A stretch of 64,000 nucleotides of DNA from an uncultured Sulfurovum sp. (GTDB lineage Bacteria; Campylobacterota; Campylobacteria; Campylobacterales; Sulfurovaceae): contig CAJXJN010000007.1 in NCBI GenBank assembly GCA_913055205.1, forward strand, positions 11,294-75,293, read 5' to 3'. The notes under the pieces were generated by a model. That model was given only the letters and a program-made list of their open reading frames with translations. It did no database searches and had not been told where the DNA came from. The first letter of the stretch is position 1. Each line of letters opens with the position of its first letter. Position numbers and translations under genes: made by a program. Of this stretch, positions 12,811 to 23,024 are shown piece by piece.

Positions 12811-14531
12811 TGAAAGGCTTACAACAATTCGTATATGGCATCCTTAGCAGTAAAAAGAAAAAAACATTAGTGATCGTTCTGACAGCTGTAGCATTTTTTG
12901 CTTCATTGTTGATGTTCCCTTCCAAACTGGTACTTGCAAAAATGCTTCCGGGGAAAAGTGATAATACTTTTTCTGTTTATGTAGATACACCTACAGGCAG
13001 TTCAGTGGAACAGACGAATATGGTGAGTCAGTGTATCATTGACATTTTAAAAGAGGAAAAAGAGGTGATGAACCTAGAACTCTTTTTAGGACAGGGGATT
13101 CCTCTTGATTACGCCGGACTTGTAAAAGGTGCCAGTATGAAAAGGACAGAGAATGTCGCAGAGATCTCTGTGAATCTTACCGATAAACACAGCAGAAATG
13201 AGCCTTCGTTCCTGATGGTACAGAGACTCAGACCTGTTGTAAAGCAGAAGTGTCTGCCTATCGTTAAAGGAACGAACATTAAGTTCATAGAACAACCTGC
13301 CGGTCCTCCGACACTTGCCTCAATCGTACTTGAAGTGCATGGTGATAACCTGGATAAAGTACGTGATATCTCTATGAAAGCAGCCCAAATTCTAGAAAAA
13401 ACAGAAGGGCTTGTTGATGTGGATGTCATGGCAGATGAAATATTTGATAAATATGAACTTGTACCTGATAAAGAGAAGATCGCAAGAAGCGGATTAAGTG
13501 TGAAACAGGTCAATAACATTCTCTATCTTGCTTTTGAGGGTATGGTGATAGCACATAAAAATTCAAAGAATGTCCCGGATCAGATCCCCATGTTCCTTGT
13601 CCTTGAAAAAGAGAGTAAAAGTCTTGCATCTTCAAACGAAGATGCACTGAGAAGCAAACTTTCATCATTGAATTTGATGAATCTGAAAGGAATGATGGTC
13701 CCACTGAGCGAAGTAGTCATGCTGCGTAAAGTAAAGTCAAATCCTATGATCATGCATAAAGACCTTTCCCGTATGGTCAATGTCATTGCAGAGACGGATA
13801 TGGTCTCTCAGGTCTATCCTTTACTTGAGGCAAGAGATGTGATGATAGAAACATTTTCCAAGGACTATGATATTGAGAAGGCAGGATTTACAACGTACAT
13901 GTTCGATCTTTATTTGACGGATAAAAAAACAGGAGAGAAATTCCTGCTTCGTTGGGATGGTGAGATGAAAGTAACCCTGGATACATTCAGAGATCTGGGT
14001 GGAGCATTTATATCGGCATTGGTATTGATCTTCCTGCTTTTGGTGATCTACTATAAAAGTTTTGCCATCAGCGGTATCATCCTTCTTGGTTCATTCCTCT
14101 CTTTGATCGGGGTGATCGTAGGACACTGGGCAGCGAACCTTTTCACAAATGAGACCTTCTTCCTGACGGCGACGTCATTGATCGGGTTTATTGCATTAAT
14201 GGGGATCAGTTCGAGAAATTCACTTCTTTTGATCGATTTTGCCAAGTCATTGATGGAGTGTCAGGGTATGGAGAAAAAAGAGGCGATCGCAGTGGCTACA
14301 GCAACAAGAGCAAAACCGATCGCACTAACGGCAGTAGCGATCATACTCGGGTCTGCACTGCTTGCAAGCGACCCTGTCTTTGGCGGGCTGGGAGTAGCAC
14401 TTATCTCAGGAACTGTTGCCGCGGTATTTGTATCGTTGCTTTTTGTTCCTGTACTCATGCATAATGCAAAAGCAATGGACTTTGATGTTGCTGATCATTG
14501 TGATATGGATAATATCTCTATTACAAAATAA
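12810..14531 (+). CDS. RND permease, C-terminal half protein
   Basis: Own AAGGAGG RBS with TAATG coupling; GPPT, LIGFIALMGISSRNSLLLIDF, RAKPIALT motifs of the second AcrB half. Confidence 0.88.
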   Translation: MKGLQQFVYGILSSKKKKTLVIVLTAVAFFASLLMFPSKLVLAKMLPGKSDNTFSVYVDTPTGSSVEQTNMVSQCIIDILKEEKEVMNLELFLGQGIPLDYAGLVKGASMKRTENVAEISVNLTDKHSRNEPSFLMVQRLRPVVKQKCLPIVKGTNIKFIEQPAGPPTLASIVLEVHGDNLDKVRDISMKAAQILEKTEGLVDVDVMADEIFDKYELVPDKEKIARSGLSVKQVNNILYLAFEGMVIAHKNSKNVPDQIPMFLVLEKESKSLASSNEDALRSKLSSLNLMNLKGMMVPLSEVVMLRKVKSNPMIMHKDLSRMVNVIAETDMVSQVYPLLEARDVMIETFSKDYDIEKAGFTTYMFDLYLTDKKTGEKFLLRWDGEMKVTLDTFRDLGGAFISALVLIFLLLVIYYKSFAISGIILLGSFLSLIGVIVGHWAANLFTNETFFLTATSLIGFIALMGISSRNSLLLIDFAKSLMECQGMEKKEAIAVATATRAKPIALTAVAIILGSALLASDPVFGGLGVALISGTVAAVFVSLLFVPVLMHNAKAMDFDVADHCDMDNISITK

Positions 14532-14621
14532 TCTCTCTATTTCTTTTGGGTACTCCTACCATGGGGTACCTTTTAACCAAGCATTTGCTATAATCATTCA
14601 ATTAATTTTCAAGGACTAACT

Positions 14622-15188
14622 ATGGCTACAATCGGAATGGGCGACATCAAAAAAGGTGCAAGACTCGAAATCACAGGAAACCCTTATAAGGTAACAGAAT
14701 TCCAACATGTGAAACCGGGTAAAGGTGCAGCATTTGTACGTATGAAGGTTAAAAATCTTCAAACAGGAAAAGTGATCGAAAAAACAGTGCATGCAGGTGA
14801 TAAATTCGATGTACCTGAATTAGAGCAGAAAACCATGCAGTTTCTTTATGATGACGGAGAGATGCTTCAATTCATGGATACAACTACATTTGATCAAATT
14901 GGGCTTACACATGAGCAAGTAGGTAAAGAGACATTTGATTTCATGATCGATGGTATGGAAGCAGAAGTACTTTTCCACAATGGACAAGCGATCTCTGTTG
15001 AGATCCCGCAAACAGTTGTACTTAAGATCGTAGAGACTCCACCTAACTTCAAAGGTGACTCACAAGGTGGTAAAAAACCTGCAACACTTGAGAGTGGTGC
15101 AGTGGTACAAGTCCCGTTCCATATTCTTGAAGGTGAGATGATCAAAGTCGATACTGTTGAGGGTAAATACTTGGAGAAAGCAAAGTAG
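14622..15188 (+). CDS. efp: Elongation factor P
   Basis: [25 protein letters not shown] motifs. Confidence 0.97.
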   Translation: MATIGMGDIKKGARLEITGNPYKVTEFQHVKPGKGAAFVRMKVKNLQTGKVIEKTVHAGDKFDVPELEQKTMQFLYDDGEMLQFMDTTTFDQIGLTHEQVGKETFDFMIDGMEAEVLFHNGQAISVEIPQTVVLKIVETPPNFKGDSQGGKKPATLESGAVVQVPFHILEGEMIKVDTVEGKYLEKAK

Positions 15189-15274
15189 TTTTTTCTGCTT
15201 GAAAAAAAGGAAACAAGGGAATTTGAAATATGATGCAAATTCCCTTGACAGGTGGGTCAAAATCTATAAAATTT

Positions 15275-15320
15275 CTTAGCACTTAGCACTTAGCACTTAG
15301 CACTTAGCACTTAGCACTTA
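15275..15320. repeat. Heptamer tandem repeat (CTTAGCA)6 + CTTA
   Basis: Read directly; six perfect copies abutting the stop codon of the minus-strand gene. Confidence 0.95.
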
Positions 15321-15321
15321 A

Positions 15322-17433
15322 CTATTTAAATATTTTTTCACAATCTTTTACAATCGCACCAGGTGCTGTAGCAATCGTCATGAATTCTGACATTTGCAGC
15401 AGAGGATACATCACTGAGATATAATATTTCGGATCCATGATCTTTGCTTTTCCATCTTCTATAAGAACCGGATAGGGAAGTAGTGCTGCATTGTTCGTAC
15501 CGATCCTTCCTGTAAATTTACTGGTTCTTTTTTCTAATTTTACACCTATAAGTGCTGAGCCGTTCTCTAACTTTTGTATAAAGAGGACTTTTTTGTTATT
15601 TTTGATCTTCTCTAAAAGATCGTTTCCTGAGGCTACAACGGTCATATCCTGATACTGGGGCATACCATGCATAAACTGGTATTTTGGCAGAAGTTGGAAC
15701 TTTAGCTTGTCTTTGGAGTTCAAAAGATCTTTGAAATGGGTAGTGATCTTTGCCAGTGTATCTTTTGATATTTTGTCATCATATTCCTCTTGCATGAATG
15801 CTTTAGCCAAATAGACCGGGTTGGTAATACTGATGTGGTTGTCTTTTTTATTGACCAGAAGTCGCAGAGAAGCCATAAAGCCTCTGTTAGGTTTACTTGC
15901 CATTTTCACTAATGTCTCATCTGTAAAGACTATAGAGATAAGATCCCCTTTTTTATTCACAGGTGTTACGGAAATGATCTCAAAACCGGCTTCTTTCAAT
16001 TTTAATTTTGCACTCTTTACATTCATGAATTTGCCTCTTAGGTAAGCAGAGGTCTTTCCATTTGTCACTTTACCGATATTTGTACTTGTGTTTTGTGGTT
16101 TGGCTTTCTTTTTATGCTGATTGCTTGGTACATAGTCAGGTGGTACACGTTTTGAAAATTTGATGGATCTTGTATTTCCATCCATTCCACCACTGGTGGT
16201 TTTTATCTTGATGACTGAAGGTACTTTTGGTGGTTTTGGAATAGTGATAGTGATAGTTTCTCCACCATTCTCTATGATTTGAGTTTTAGCTTTCGTCTCA
16301 ACTTCAGGAATTTTAACTTTGATGACTTCTTCTTTTTTGGCAGGAGTAGGCACCACCTCTATTTTTACTTCAGGCTTAACCCCGCCCATCTCATTCTTGG
16401 GAGCAGCAGTAAAAAGCAAAGGATTGACATTCGCAGTAGCCTTCATACCAAGTGCGGTTAAGATCTCTGGGATCTCTTTGTCAAGCTTCTCAACAAGTCC
16501 TACTCTTTTTTTGTCCGTGATGCCAAGTGTATCTGTCCAGTTGTGTAGTCTATACATACCTACAACAATTCTGTTTGTTCCTTTTGGGATAAACATATAC
16601 ATGGTGCAAGGAGCAAAGAGTCCGGCATCAGGTCGTGCACCTTTGTTGTCGAACATATTGTAAGAGAACTCCAGATGACATAAAGAGTATGTCCAGAAAG
16701 CATCGTAGTCTTTCAGTATCTCCTCTGCATCATCTGTAGATTCCATGAAGTTATGGTATCCCGCGATAAGATAATGTTTATCTATAAAGGCAAGCTCAAA
16801 CTTGTTCTGGAACTCATCTAGAAAATCTTCCATATCATCAGGTGCTTCAAACTCATATTCAAAATTGATCATGGTTTTTTCAGGAAGTTTGTTTATAGGT
16901 ATATAGGTTTTTTTACCTCCAAGCTCTTTGGCTATCATTTCATCAAGTGATTTAAATGTTGCAGTAAATTTTTCTCTAACCTCTTTATTGGTAATGCCGA
17001 GAATATCAAGCATTACTTTAGGCATAAGGTGACCCACCTGTGTTACATCCTCATCAAGCTTTTTTGCTATAAGCATATTAAATGGAGCAAATCCAGCCAT
17101 ACGAGGATCTATATTGAGTAGAGGAAGTATCACTTTATCATTGACAACAGGCATAAAACTGAGTATATCCAGTACAGTTGAACCATACTTTTTCTTATAC
17201 TGGTCATTGACTCTTTTATGCGGATCAGTGAGGTTAAACCTGATAGTTTTTAATTTCTCTTCAACTAAAGTATTATATTTTTCTTGTACGTCACCATTGA
17301 GTGTAAAAAAAACAGCTAGAGAATTATTATCCGGAGTGTTTGTACTATTTGTTGATTGTGGAGCAGTTGCCAGAAGTAATGAAGGTATAAAAAGCATTAG
17401 ACTTAAAAGAATCACTTTTTTTAACTTGTTCAT
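15322..17433 (-). CDS. Secreted multi-domain protein with tandem DUF302-like repeats (paralog of 36330-38249)
   Basis: Signal peptide MNKLKKVILLSLMLFIPSLLLA after AAGGA RBS; repeated GFAPFNM / GLFAPCTM / ALLPYPV motifs; Pro/Lys-rich linker; family call from motif memory only. Confidence 0.6.
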   Translation of the reverse strand: MNKLKKVILLSLMLFIPSLLLATAPQSTNSTNTPDNNSLAVFFTLNGDVQEKYNTLVEEKLKTIRFNLTDPHKRVNDQYKKKYGSTVLDILSFMPVVNDKVILPLLNIDPRMAGFAPFNMLIAKKLDEDVTQVGHLMPKVMLDILGITNKEVREKFTATFKSLDEMIAKELGGKKTYIPINKLPEKTMINFEYEFEAPDDMEDFLDEFQNKFELAFIDKHYLIAGYHNFMESTDDAEEILKDYDAFWTYSLCHLEFSYNMFDNKGARPDAGLFAPCTMYMFIPKGTNRIVVGMYRLHNWTDTLGITDKKRVGLVEKLDKEIPEILTALGMKATANVNPLLFTAAPKNEMGGVKPEVKIEVVPTPAKKEEVIKVKIPEVETKAKTQIIENGGETITITIPKPPKVPSVIKIKTTSGGMDGNTRSIKFSKRVPPDYVPSNQHKKKAKPQNTSTNIGKVTNGKTSAYLRGKFMNVKSAKLKLKEAGFEIISVTPVNKKGDLISIVFTDETLVKMASKPNRGFMASLRLLVNKKDNHISITNPVYLAKAFMQEEYDDKISKDTLAKITTHFKDLLNSKDKLKFQLLPKYQFMHGMPQYQDMTVVASGNDLLEKIKNNKKVLFIQKLENGSALIGVKLEKRTSKFTGRIGTNNAALLPYPVLIEDGKAKIMDPKYYISVMYPLLQMSEFMTIATAPGAIVKDCEKIFK

Positions 17434-17594
17434 ATGCATCCTTTGAAGATATATCATATTTGCCTGTGTTAGGTTAATATATTAGGATAGCATAAGGTTT
17501 ATATATATAATAAATTAAAATTATAATTTATTATCAATAGAAATGAAAAGCTACCAAAAGTGACGGGCAGCTTTTCTGAAGTTGAAGTCAGAAA

Positions 17595-18137
17595 TTATTT
17601 TTTTGCAGCTTCTTTAAGTTTAAGGTATTCTGCATATTCTTCAGCTGAAATTGTTTTCTCTCCTACATTGTCGGAAACATCTTTTACTGAGTCTCTTGTA
17701 TTATTTGATACTGTTTTTGTTGCATCATTGATATCTTTGGATACAGAAACAGCAGAATCTTTCATCTCCTTTGAAGCAATCGTTGTGCTGTCTTTAAGAT
17801 CTTTTGTTGTATTTGTGATAGAATCTTTTGTATCTTCAGCAACTTCAACGGTAGCATCTCTAGTATCTTTACTGGTTGAGACTTCAGCTGTTTTAAGGTC
17901 ATCTGAAACTTTAACTGCAGAGTCTTTTGCATCTGCACTGACATTGGTTACTGTTCTTTCTGCACTTTTACTTGTTTCAACAGCACCGTCTTTCATAGAC
18001 GCTACACTGTCTTTGGCATCTTTACTCATACTGATAGCTGCTTCTTTCATATCTTTGAACATATCTCCGAAACTGAAATCTGCTTGAGCAGTTGTTATGA
18101 GTGCAGCAGCAATACATGATATAACGGTTTTTTTCAT
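17595..18137 (-). CDS. Secreted hydrophilic protein with 11-residue repeats (LEA/apolipoprotein-like)
   Basis: Signal peptide ending AQA; AAGGA RBS; about 10 imperfect 11-mers (KDSAVKVSDDL, KDSTTIASKEM, KDSAVSVSKDI). Confidence 0.7.
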   Translation of the reverse strand: MKKTVISCIAAALITTAQADFSFGDMFKDMKEAAISMSKDAKDSVASMKDGAVETSKSAERTVTNVSADAKDSAVKVSDDLKTAEVSTSKDTRDATVEVAEDTKDSITNTTKDLKDSTTIASKEMKDSAVSVSKDINDATKTVSNNTRDSVKDVSDNVGEKTISAEEYAEYLKLKEAAKK

Positions 18138-18309
18138 CTTTCTATCCTTTTACTTTTTTAAGATAATCCAATCTTAGCACCATGTATTTGAAATAAAACT
18201 TAAACAGTATAAAAAAAAGTAATTAAACTTCATGATGATTATCAATGCAACTGCTTTATTAAAGTTAATCTGTTACAATGCCGGTATCATTAATTTTAAG
18301 GAACATATC

Positions 18310-18720
18310 ATGAAAGAATTACTTGTCGGATTAATATTTGTGATAACATTTGCTTCGGCAGAAGGATATACACAAAGTGACAGGATACTTGATATGCAAA
18401 AAATGGCACAGGCCATGCAGGATATACAGTCAGGATTTTTTTACAACAATGCAGATATCGTACAGGCAGGAGTTAAAGATCTTAGAGAGACGATCATCAA
18501 AGTACGTCCTATAGATTCAGAAGTAAACAATAAAGATATTTATGAAAAATGGCTCAATAATGATCTGAAAATGACCACTAAAATACAAAAGAAGATACGC
18601 AAAAAAGCTGAAGTGCTGGAAGAACGTTTTAAAGACGGTGATGCAGTACAGGCACTGCAGGTCTACAGCAAGATAGCAGGGCAATGTATGAAATGTCATG
18701 TACGTTTGAGAAAGTGGTAA
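18310..18720 (+). CDS. Periplasmic c-type cytochrome (class II / cytochrome c'-like)
   Basis: Signal peptide, helical body, single C-terminal CMKCH heme motif; AAGGA RBS. Confidence 0.8.
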   Translation: MKELLVGLIFVITFASAEGYTQSDRILDMQKMAQAMQDIQSGFFYNNADIVQAGVKDLRETIIKVRPIDSEVNNKDIYEKWLNNDLKMTTKIQKKIRKKAEVLEERFKDGDAVQALQVYSKIAGQCMKCHVRLRKW

Positions 18721-18731
18721 ACTGTAGATCT

Positions 18732-19523
18732 ATGAAAAAATTATTAACTGTAACTTTTTTACTCATATCATCACTTGCTGCAAGTGATATTACTTTAACG
18801 GGTACGGTTGTCTCTGACGGTCAGAAGATGATCGGTAGCCGCTATATGGGATATGTAAAAAAAGTATTTGTCAAACTTGGTGATAAAGTGGAACGTGAAG
18901 ATGACCTTTATGAGATAGAGTCTGCTGAGTTTGATATGATGAAATCACAAGCAGATCTCATGTTGGAGCAGTCAAAGATCGTTGTAGAGTTTTGGCGTAA
19001 GCGATTACAAAATATCAACAAACGTAAAGATAGATTTAAAAATAAAAAAAATATTCCTCTAATGGATATAGATGACTTGGAAGCACAGGCTGAAAATGTC
19101 AGCGCAATGCTGGATTCTGCTCAAGTCTTGGTAGAGCAAGCTTCTATTAAAGCCAAACAGATGGCAACGATATTTAACTATCTTAAGATGAAAGCACCTT
19201 CAGCAGGGGTTGTAGTACAAAAAAATATTAAAGTAGGTGACATGGTGATGCCTGGTATGCTTACTATTATGTTAGTTGATACGGAGAGTTTGGAGATAGA
19301 TGTTTCTCTCTCTGAAGGCATCATAGGTAAAGTAAGAGAGGGGCAAGGACTTGCCGTGGAAATACCTTCTGTAAATTATAAAACCATAGGACGTATCAAA
19401 GCGATCATCCCCGATGCAAACCCTATGACACATAAGATCAAGATGCGTATATCATTTGATAGGGGAGAGGCAAATATCTTTCCTGGTATGTATGCAAAAG
19501 TAGTTATTAAGAGTGATAACTAA
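18732..19523 (+). CDS. RND membrane fusion protein (paralog of 10403-11200)
   Basis: Shares SRYMGxVK, NPMTHK, PGMYAK with the first MFP; signal peptide. Confidence 0.85.
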   Translation: MKKLLTVTFLLISSLAASDITLTGTVVSDGQKMIGSRYMGYVKKVFVKLGDKVEREDDLYEIESAEFDMMKSQADLMLEQSKIVVEFWRKRLQNINKRKDRFKNKKNIPLMDIDDLEAQAENVSAMLDSAQVLVEQASIKAKQMATIFNYLKMKAPSAGVVVQKNIKVGDMVMPGMLTIMLVDTESLEIDVSLSEGIIGKVREGQGLAVEIPSVNYKTIGRIKAIIPDANPMTHKIKMRISFDRGEANIFPGMYAKVVIKSDN

Positions 19524-19600
19524 AAGATATTTTCTGTTTATATAGATTTATGTTTTATAAAATGGTACACTATTATTAATTAGATTTTAGGAGTACTTGT

Positions 19601-20554
19601 ATGGAGAATATTTACGATTTAATTATCATTGGTGGAGGGCCTGGGGGTATTGGTTCTGCAGTAGAAGCAAAAATACTTGGTCTGGAAAAAGTATTGATGA
19701 TAGAAAAAACAGACAACCACTCTCATACTATTCGAAAATTTTATAAAGATCAAAAACGTGTCGATAAGGACTGGCAGGGTCAAGAAGTAGAGCTTGAGGG
19801 AAATGTTGCCTTTGTAGATGGTACCAAAGAGAGTACCTTGGACTACTTTGATAAGCTTTTAGATGATGAAATGATAGATGCACGGTTTAACTGCGCAGTC
19901 GAGAAAGTAGAAAAAAAGGGTGATATATTTTTTGTAACATCAGGATGTGGTGTAGATAAAGCTAAAAATATCATTGTCTCCATAGGCCGTATGGGTAAGC
20001 CAAACAAACCTTCTTATAAGATCCCCCTTTCACTTAAAACCCAGGTTAATTTTAATTTAGATAAATGCAGCAATGGTGAAAAGATCCTTGTTGTAGGTGG
20101 CGGTGACAGTGCGGTTGAGTATGCATGCGAGTTAAGTGAGACTAATGAAGTGACATTGAATTACCGTAGAGATACTCTGACCAGACCAAACCCTACCAAC
20201 CAAGAGATGATCATCAAGTATAGTGAAGATGAAGCCGTGACTTTAAAATTGGGTGTAGATATAGAGAGTTTGGAGAGTGAACACGGACAAATCAAAGTCA
20301 ACTTTTCCGATGGTGCTGAACTGTTCGATAGGATCATTTATGCAATTGGCGGGACAACACCGAAAGACTTTCTGAAGAGTTGCGGTATTACCCTGGATGA
20401 TGCAGGTGAGCCTATCTTTGATGAGAATTATGAGAGTGAGGTCAAAGGGCTTTATATTGCTGGAGATATCGCCTTCAAAAGTGGTGGAAGTATTGCGATC
20501 GCACTGAATCACGGGTATCGTATCGTAACACATATACTAAAAAATAAAGCATAG
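19601..20554 (+). CDS. Thioredoxin-reductase-like FAD/NADPH oxidoreductase (FqrB-like)
   Basis: GGGPGG FAD motif, GGGDSA NADPH motif, GLYIAGD; no CxxC active site, as in epsilonproteobacterial flavodoxin:quinone reductase. Confidence 0.75.
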   Translation: MENIYDLIIIGGGPGGIGSAVEAKILGLEKVLMIEKTDNHSHTIRKFYKDQKRVDKDWQGQEVELEGNVAFVDGTKESTLDYFDKLLDDEMIDARFNCAVEKVEKKGDIFFVTSGCGVDKAKNIIVSIGRMGKPNKPSYKIPLSLKTQVNFNLDKCSNGEKILVVGGGDSAVEYACELSETNEVTLNYRRDTLTRPNPTNQEMIIKYSEDEAVTLKLGVDIESLESEHGQIKVNFSDGAELFDRIIYAIGGTTPKDFLKSCGITLDDAGEPIFDENYESEVKGLYIAGDIAFKSGGSIAIALNHGYRIVTHILKNKA

Positions 20555-20563
20555 GAGAACAAA

Positions 20564-21124
20564 ATGGCAAGTGTACTTTTACCTTTAGCAAGCGGATTTG
20601 AAGAACTTGAAGCAGTAGCACTTATAGATGTGATGCGTCGTGGTGGTATAGAAGTGTGTGTAGTGTATCTTGAAGATGAGCTTCATGGTAGATTGGTCAC
20701 CGGAGCCAATGGTATTACGGTCGAAGCAGATATGTCTATCAAAACAATTATCGCTGATGACTTTGATATGATTGTACTCCCCGGTGGTTGGGGTGGAACT
20801 CATGCATTGGCTGAAAATGCACGTGTGATAGAACTTATCAAAGAGTTTAAAGCCAACAAAGTAGTGGGAGCTATGTGTGCTGCCCCGTTTGTACTGAAAA
20901 AAGCAGGTGTATTGGGTGAGAACTATACCTGTTACCCTGGTGCAAAAGAGGAAATAGACCATCCAGGCTATAGAGATGATCTCAAAGTGGTTGAAGATGG
21001 TAATGTACTCACTTCACAAGGTCCGGGAACCGCTGTATGTTTTGGTTTGGCTATCCTAAAAAGACTTGTGGGTGAAGAGAGTATGCAATCTGTGAAGGAT
21101 GGAATGTTATTGGATTATTGTTAA
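20564..21124 (+). CDS. DJ-1/ThiJ/PfpI family glyoxalase
   Basis: GFEELEAV, LPGG, AMCAAP, TSQGPGTA. Confidence 0.92.
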   Translation: MASVLLPLASGFEELEAVALIDVMRRGGIEVCVVYLEDELHGRLVTGANGITVEADMSIKTIIADDFDMIVLPGGWGGTHALAENARVIELIKEFKANKVVGAMCAAPFVLKKAGVLGENYTCYPGAKEEIDHPGYRDDLKVVEDGNVLTSQGPGTAVCFGLAILKRLVGEESMQSVKDGMLLDYC

Positions 21125-21146
21125 TTCGTTGTGGAAGTTGGTTTTA

Positions 21147-21166
21147 GGAGGTCGGCTTTAGCCGAC
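21147..21166. repeat. Short REP-like hairpin (GGAG/GTAG type); may also act as terminator
   Basis: ggagGTCGGCTttAGCCGAC perfect stem; resembles gtaggtcgg at 47175. Confidence 0.45.
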
Positions 21167-21242
21167 TAATATCCAATTTAATTGCACAGCTAATACACAC
21201 ATTTTTTTTATACTGTTCATACCTTCTCAAAAAGGAGATGCT

Positions 21243-22991
21243 ATGAACACTCGTTTCAGACATTTTGGTGAACTTTACTCTTACCTTGAGGAACAACCTC
21301 CTAAAGAGGATTTTTTACACCATCGTATAGCAGATGGATGGAGAACATTTTCTAAAGCAGAGTTCCTTTTTACTATTCGTTATCTTACTTTGGCCGTCTA
21401 TGAAAATGGATGGAGAGGTAAACAGATAGCTATTGTAGTATCCCCTTCTCCTTACTGGGTGATGCTTGACTATGCGTTAATGCTCTGTGGTGCTGTATCT
21501 GTACCGCTTTTTACAAATATCTCTTCAAAAAACCTTCTTTTTGAGTTTTTGGATGCTTCCATACATACTGCCTTTATAGAATCCAAAGAACAAGAAAATA
21601 TCATACACAGAGCTGATAAAAGTATAGAGCTTATCTACCTGGGTGAGCACAAAAGTGGCTATAGGACTTTTGGAGAACTGGTAGAAAAAGGTAAAGAGAT
21701 CGATAAGGAAAATCCACAGCTTTTTGATGAACTGCTTTATCATATAAAAGCAAATGATCTGGCTACCATTGTCTATACTTCCGGAACTTCCGGAATCCCT
21801 AAGGGAGTAGAACTTACCCATGAAAATCTCATTTCCCAGATCCATGCAACCTCTTTAAATTATCAGTTTGACAGAGAAAAAGATGTTGCATTCAGTTTCT
21901 TGCCTCTTGCACACATTTTTGAACGTATGGTGATGCACTTTTATCTCTCAAAAGAGTTGAGTATTTACTTTGCTGATGATGTGAAGAATGTAGGGATATT
22001 ACTCAAAGAGGTCAATCCTACAGTCATGACCGTAGTGCCAAGGCTACTGGAGAAAGTCTTTTTTAAGATGAAACTCAAAGCAATGGAGGGTAACCTTATC
22101 AAGAAAGCACTTGTCTCACTTGCCTTTTACCGCGCAACTACAAAAGACCCTTATGTCAAAGCTTCGTTGCTTGATAAAATCCTGGATAAACTTGTATACA
22201 AAAAACTTCGCTTGGCACTGGGGAGAAGAATGCGCATGATGATCAGCGGAGGGGCTGCACTTTCAGATATGTTGTATCGGTTCTATCTCAATATCGGCGC
22301 ACCTGTTTATCAGGGGTATGGACTGACTGAGTCCAGTCCTGTGATCTCTGCCAATACACCTAAAGATAACAAAATAGGTACTTGCGGCAAAGCCTTTCCC
22401 GGTGTTGAGGTGAAAGTAAATGCTGATGGAGAGTTGCTTGCCAAAGGTGTAAATGTGATGCGCGGGTATCACCATAATGAAAAAGCAACAGCAGAAGCGA
22501 TAGATGCTGATGGATGGTTGCATACAAGCGATCTGGCCAGTGTGGATGATGAAGGGTATATTACGATCACAGGAAGAAAACGGGAATTGTTTAAAACCTC
22601 TACAGGGGAGTTTGTCTTCTCTGCGTATATAGAGCAGAAACTTATGAGCAATGGATGGTTTGAACATGCCTTGCTCATAGGGGATGGAAAACCTTTTGTT
22701 ACTGCTTTGCTTTTTGTTGAACCGGACTTTTTAGGACGTTTGGCAACGCAAATGAAAAATACACCCAGAAAGGCACTGGAGTCAGAGAAGTTTAAAATAA
22801 TGACGGATAAATTCATCACCAAACTCAATAAAGAACTCGACCACTGGGAAAAAATACGACAATTCAGACTCATTGGTGATGTATTGAGTATAGAAGAGGG
22901 GGAGATCACTCCCTCTATGAAGTTGGCAAAGAAACAGTTGATGGAACGCTATCACAACGAGATCGAAGAGATGTATAGGGGTCATCTATGA
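21243..22991 (+). CDS. fadD: Long-chain fatty acid-CoA ligase (AMP-binding)
   Basis: YTSGTSGIPKG, FLPLAHIFER, QGYGLTE, GWLHTSD. Confidence 0.88.
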   Translation: MNTRFRHFGELYSYLEEQPPKEDFLHHRIADGWRTFSKAEFLFTIRYLTLAVYENGWRGKQIAIVVSPSPYWVMLDYALMLCGAVSVPLFTNISSKNLLFEFLDASIHTAFIESKEQENIIHRADKSIELIYLGEHKSGYRTFGELVEKGKEIDKENPQLFDELLYHIKANDLATIVYTSGTSGIPKGVELTHENLISQIHATSLNYQFDREKDVAFSFLPLAHIFERMVMHFYLSKELSIYFADDVKNVGILLKEVNPTVMTVVPRLLEKVFFKMKLKAMEGNLIKKALVSLAFYRATTKDPYVKASLLDKILDKLVYKKLRLALGRRMRMMISGGAALSDMLYRFYLNIGAPVYQGYGLTESSPVISANTPKDNKIGTCGKAFPGVEVKVNADGELLAKGVNVMRGYHHNEKATAEAIDADGWLHTSDLASVDDEGYITITGRKRELFKTSTGEFVFSAYIEQKLMSNGWFEHALLIGDGKPFVTALLFVEPDFLGRLATQMKNTPRKALESEKFKIMTDKFITKLNKELDHWEKIRQFRLIGDVLSIEEGEITPSMKLAKKQLMERYHNEIEEMYRGHL

Positions 22992-23024
22992 CAAGTATTA
23001 AAATATAGTATATGGAGGCACTGA

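Noticed and set aside
11200-14531. RND pseudogene broken by a frameshift
   Set aside because: Second half has its own strong RBS, start codon and N-terminal TM segment
15275-15320. CRISPR array
   Set aside because: 7-bp unit with no spacers; no cas genes and no repeat-spacer array anywhere in the window
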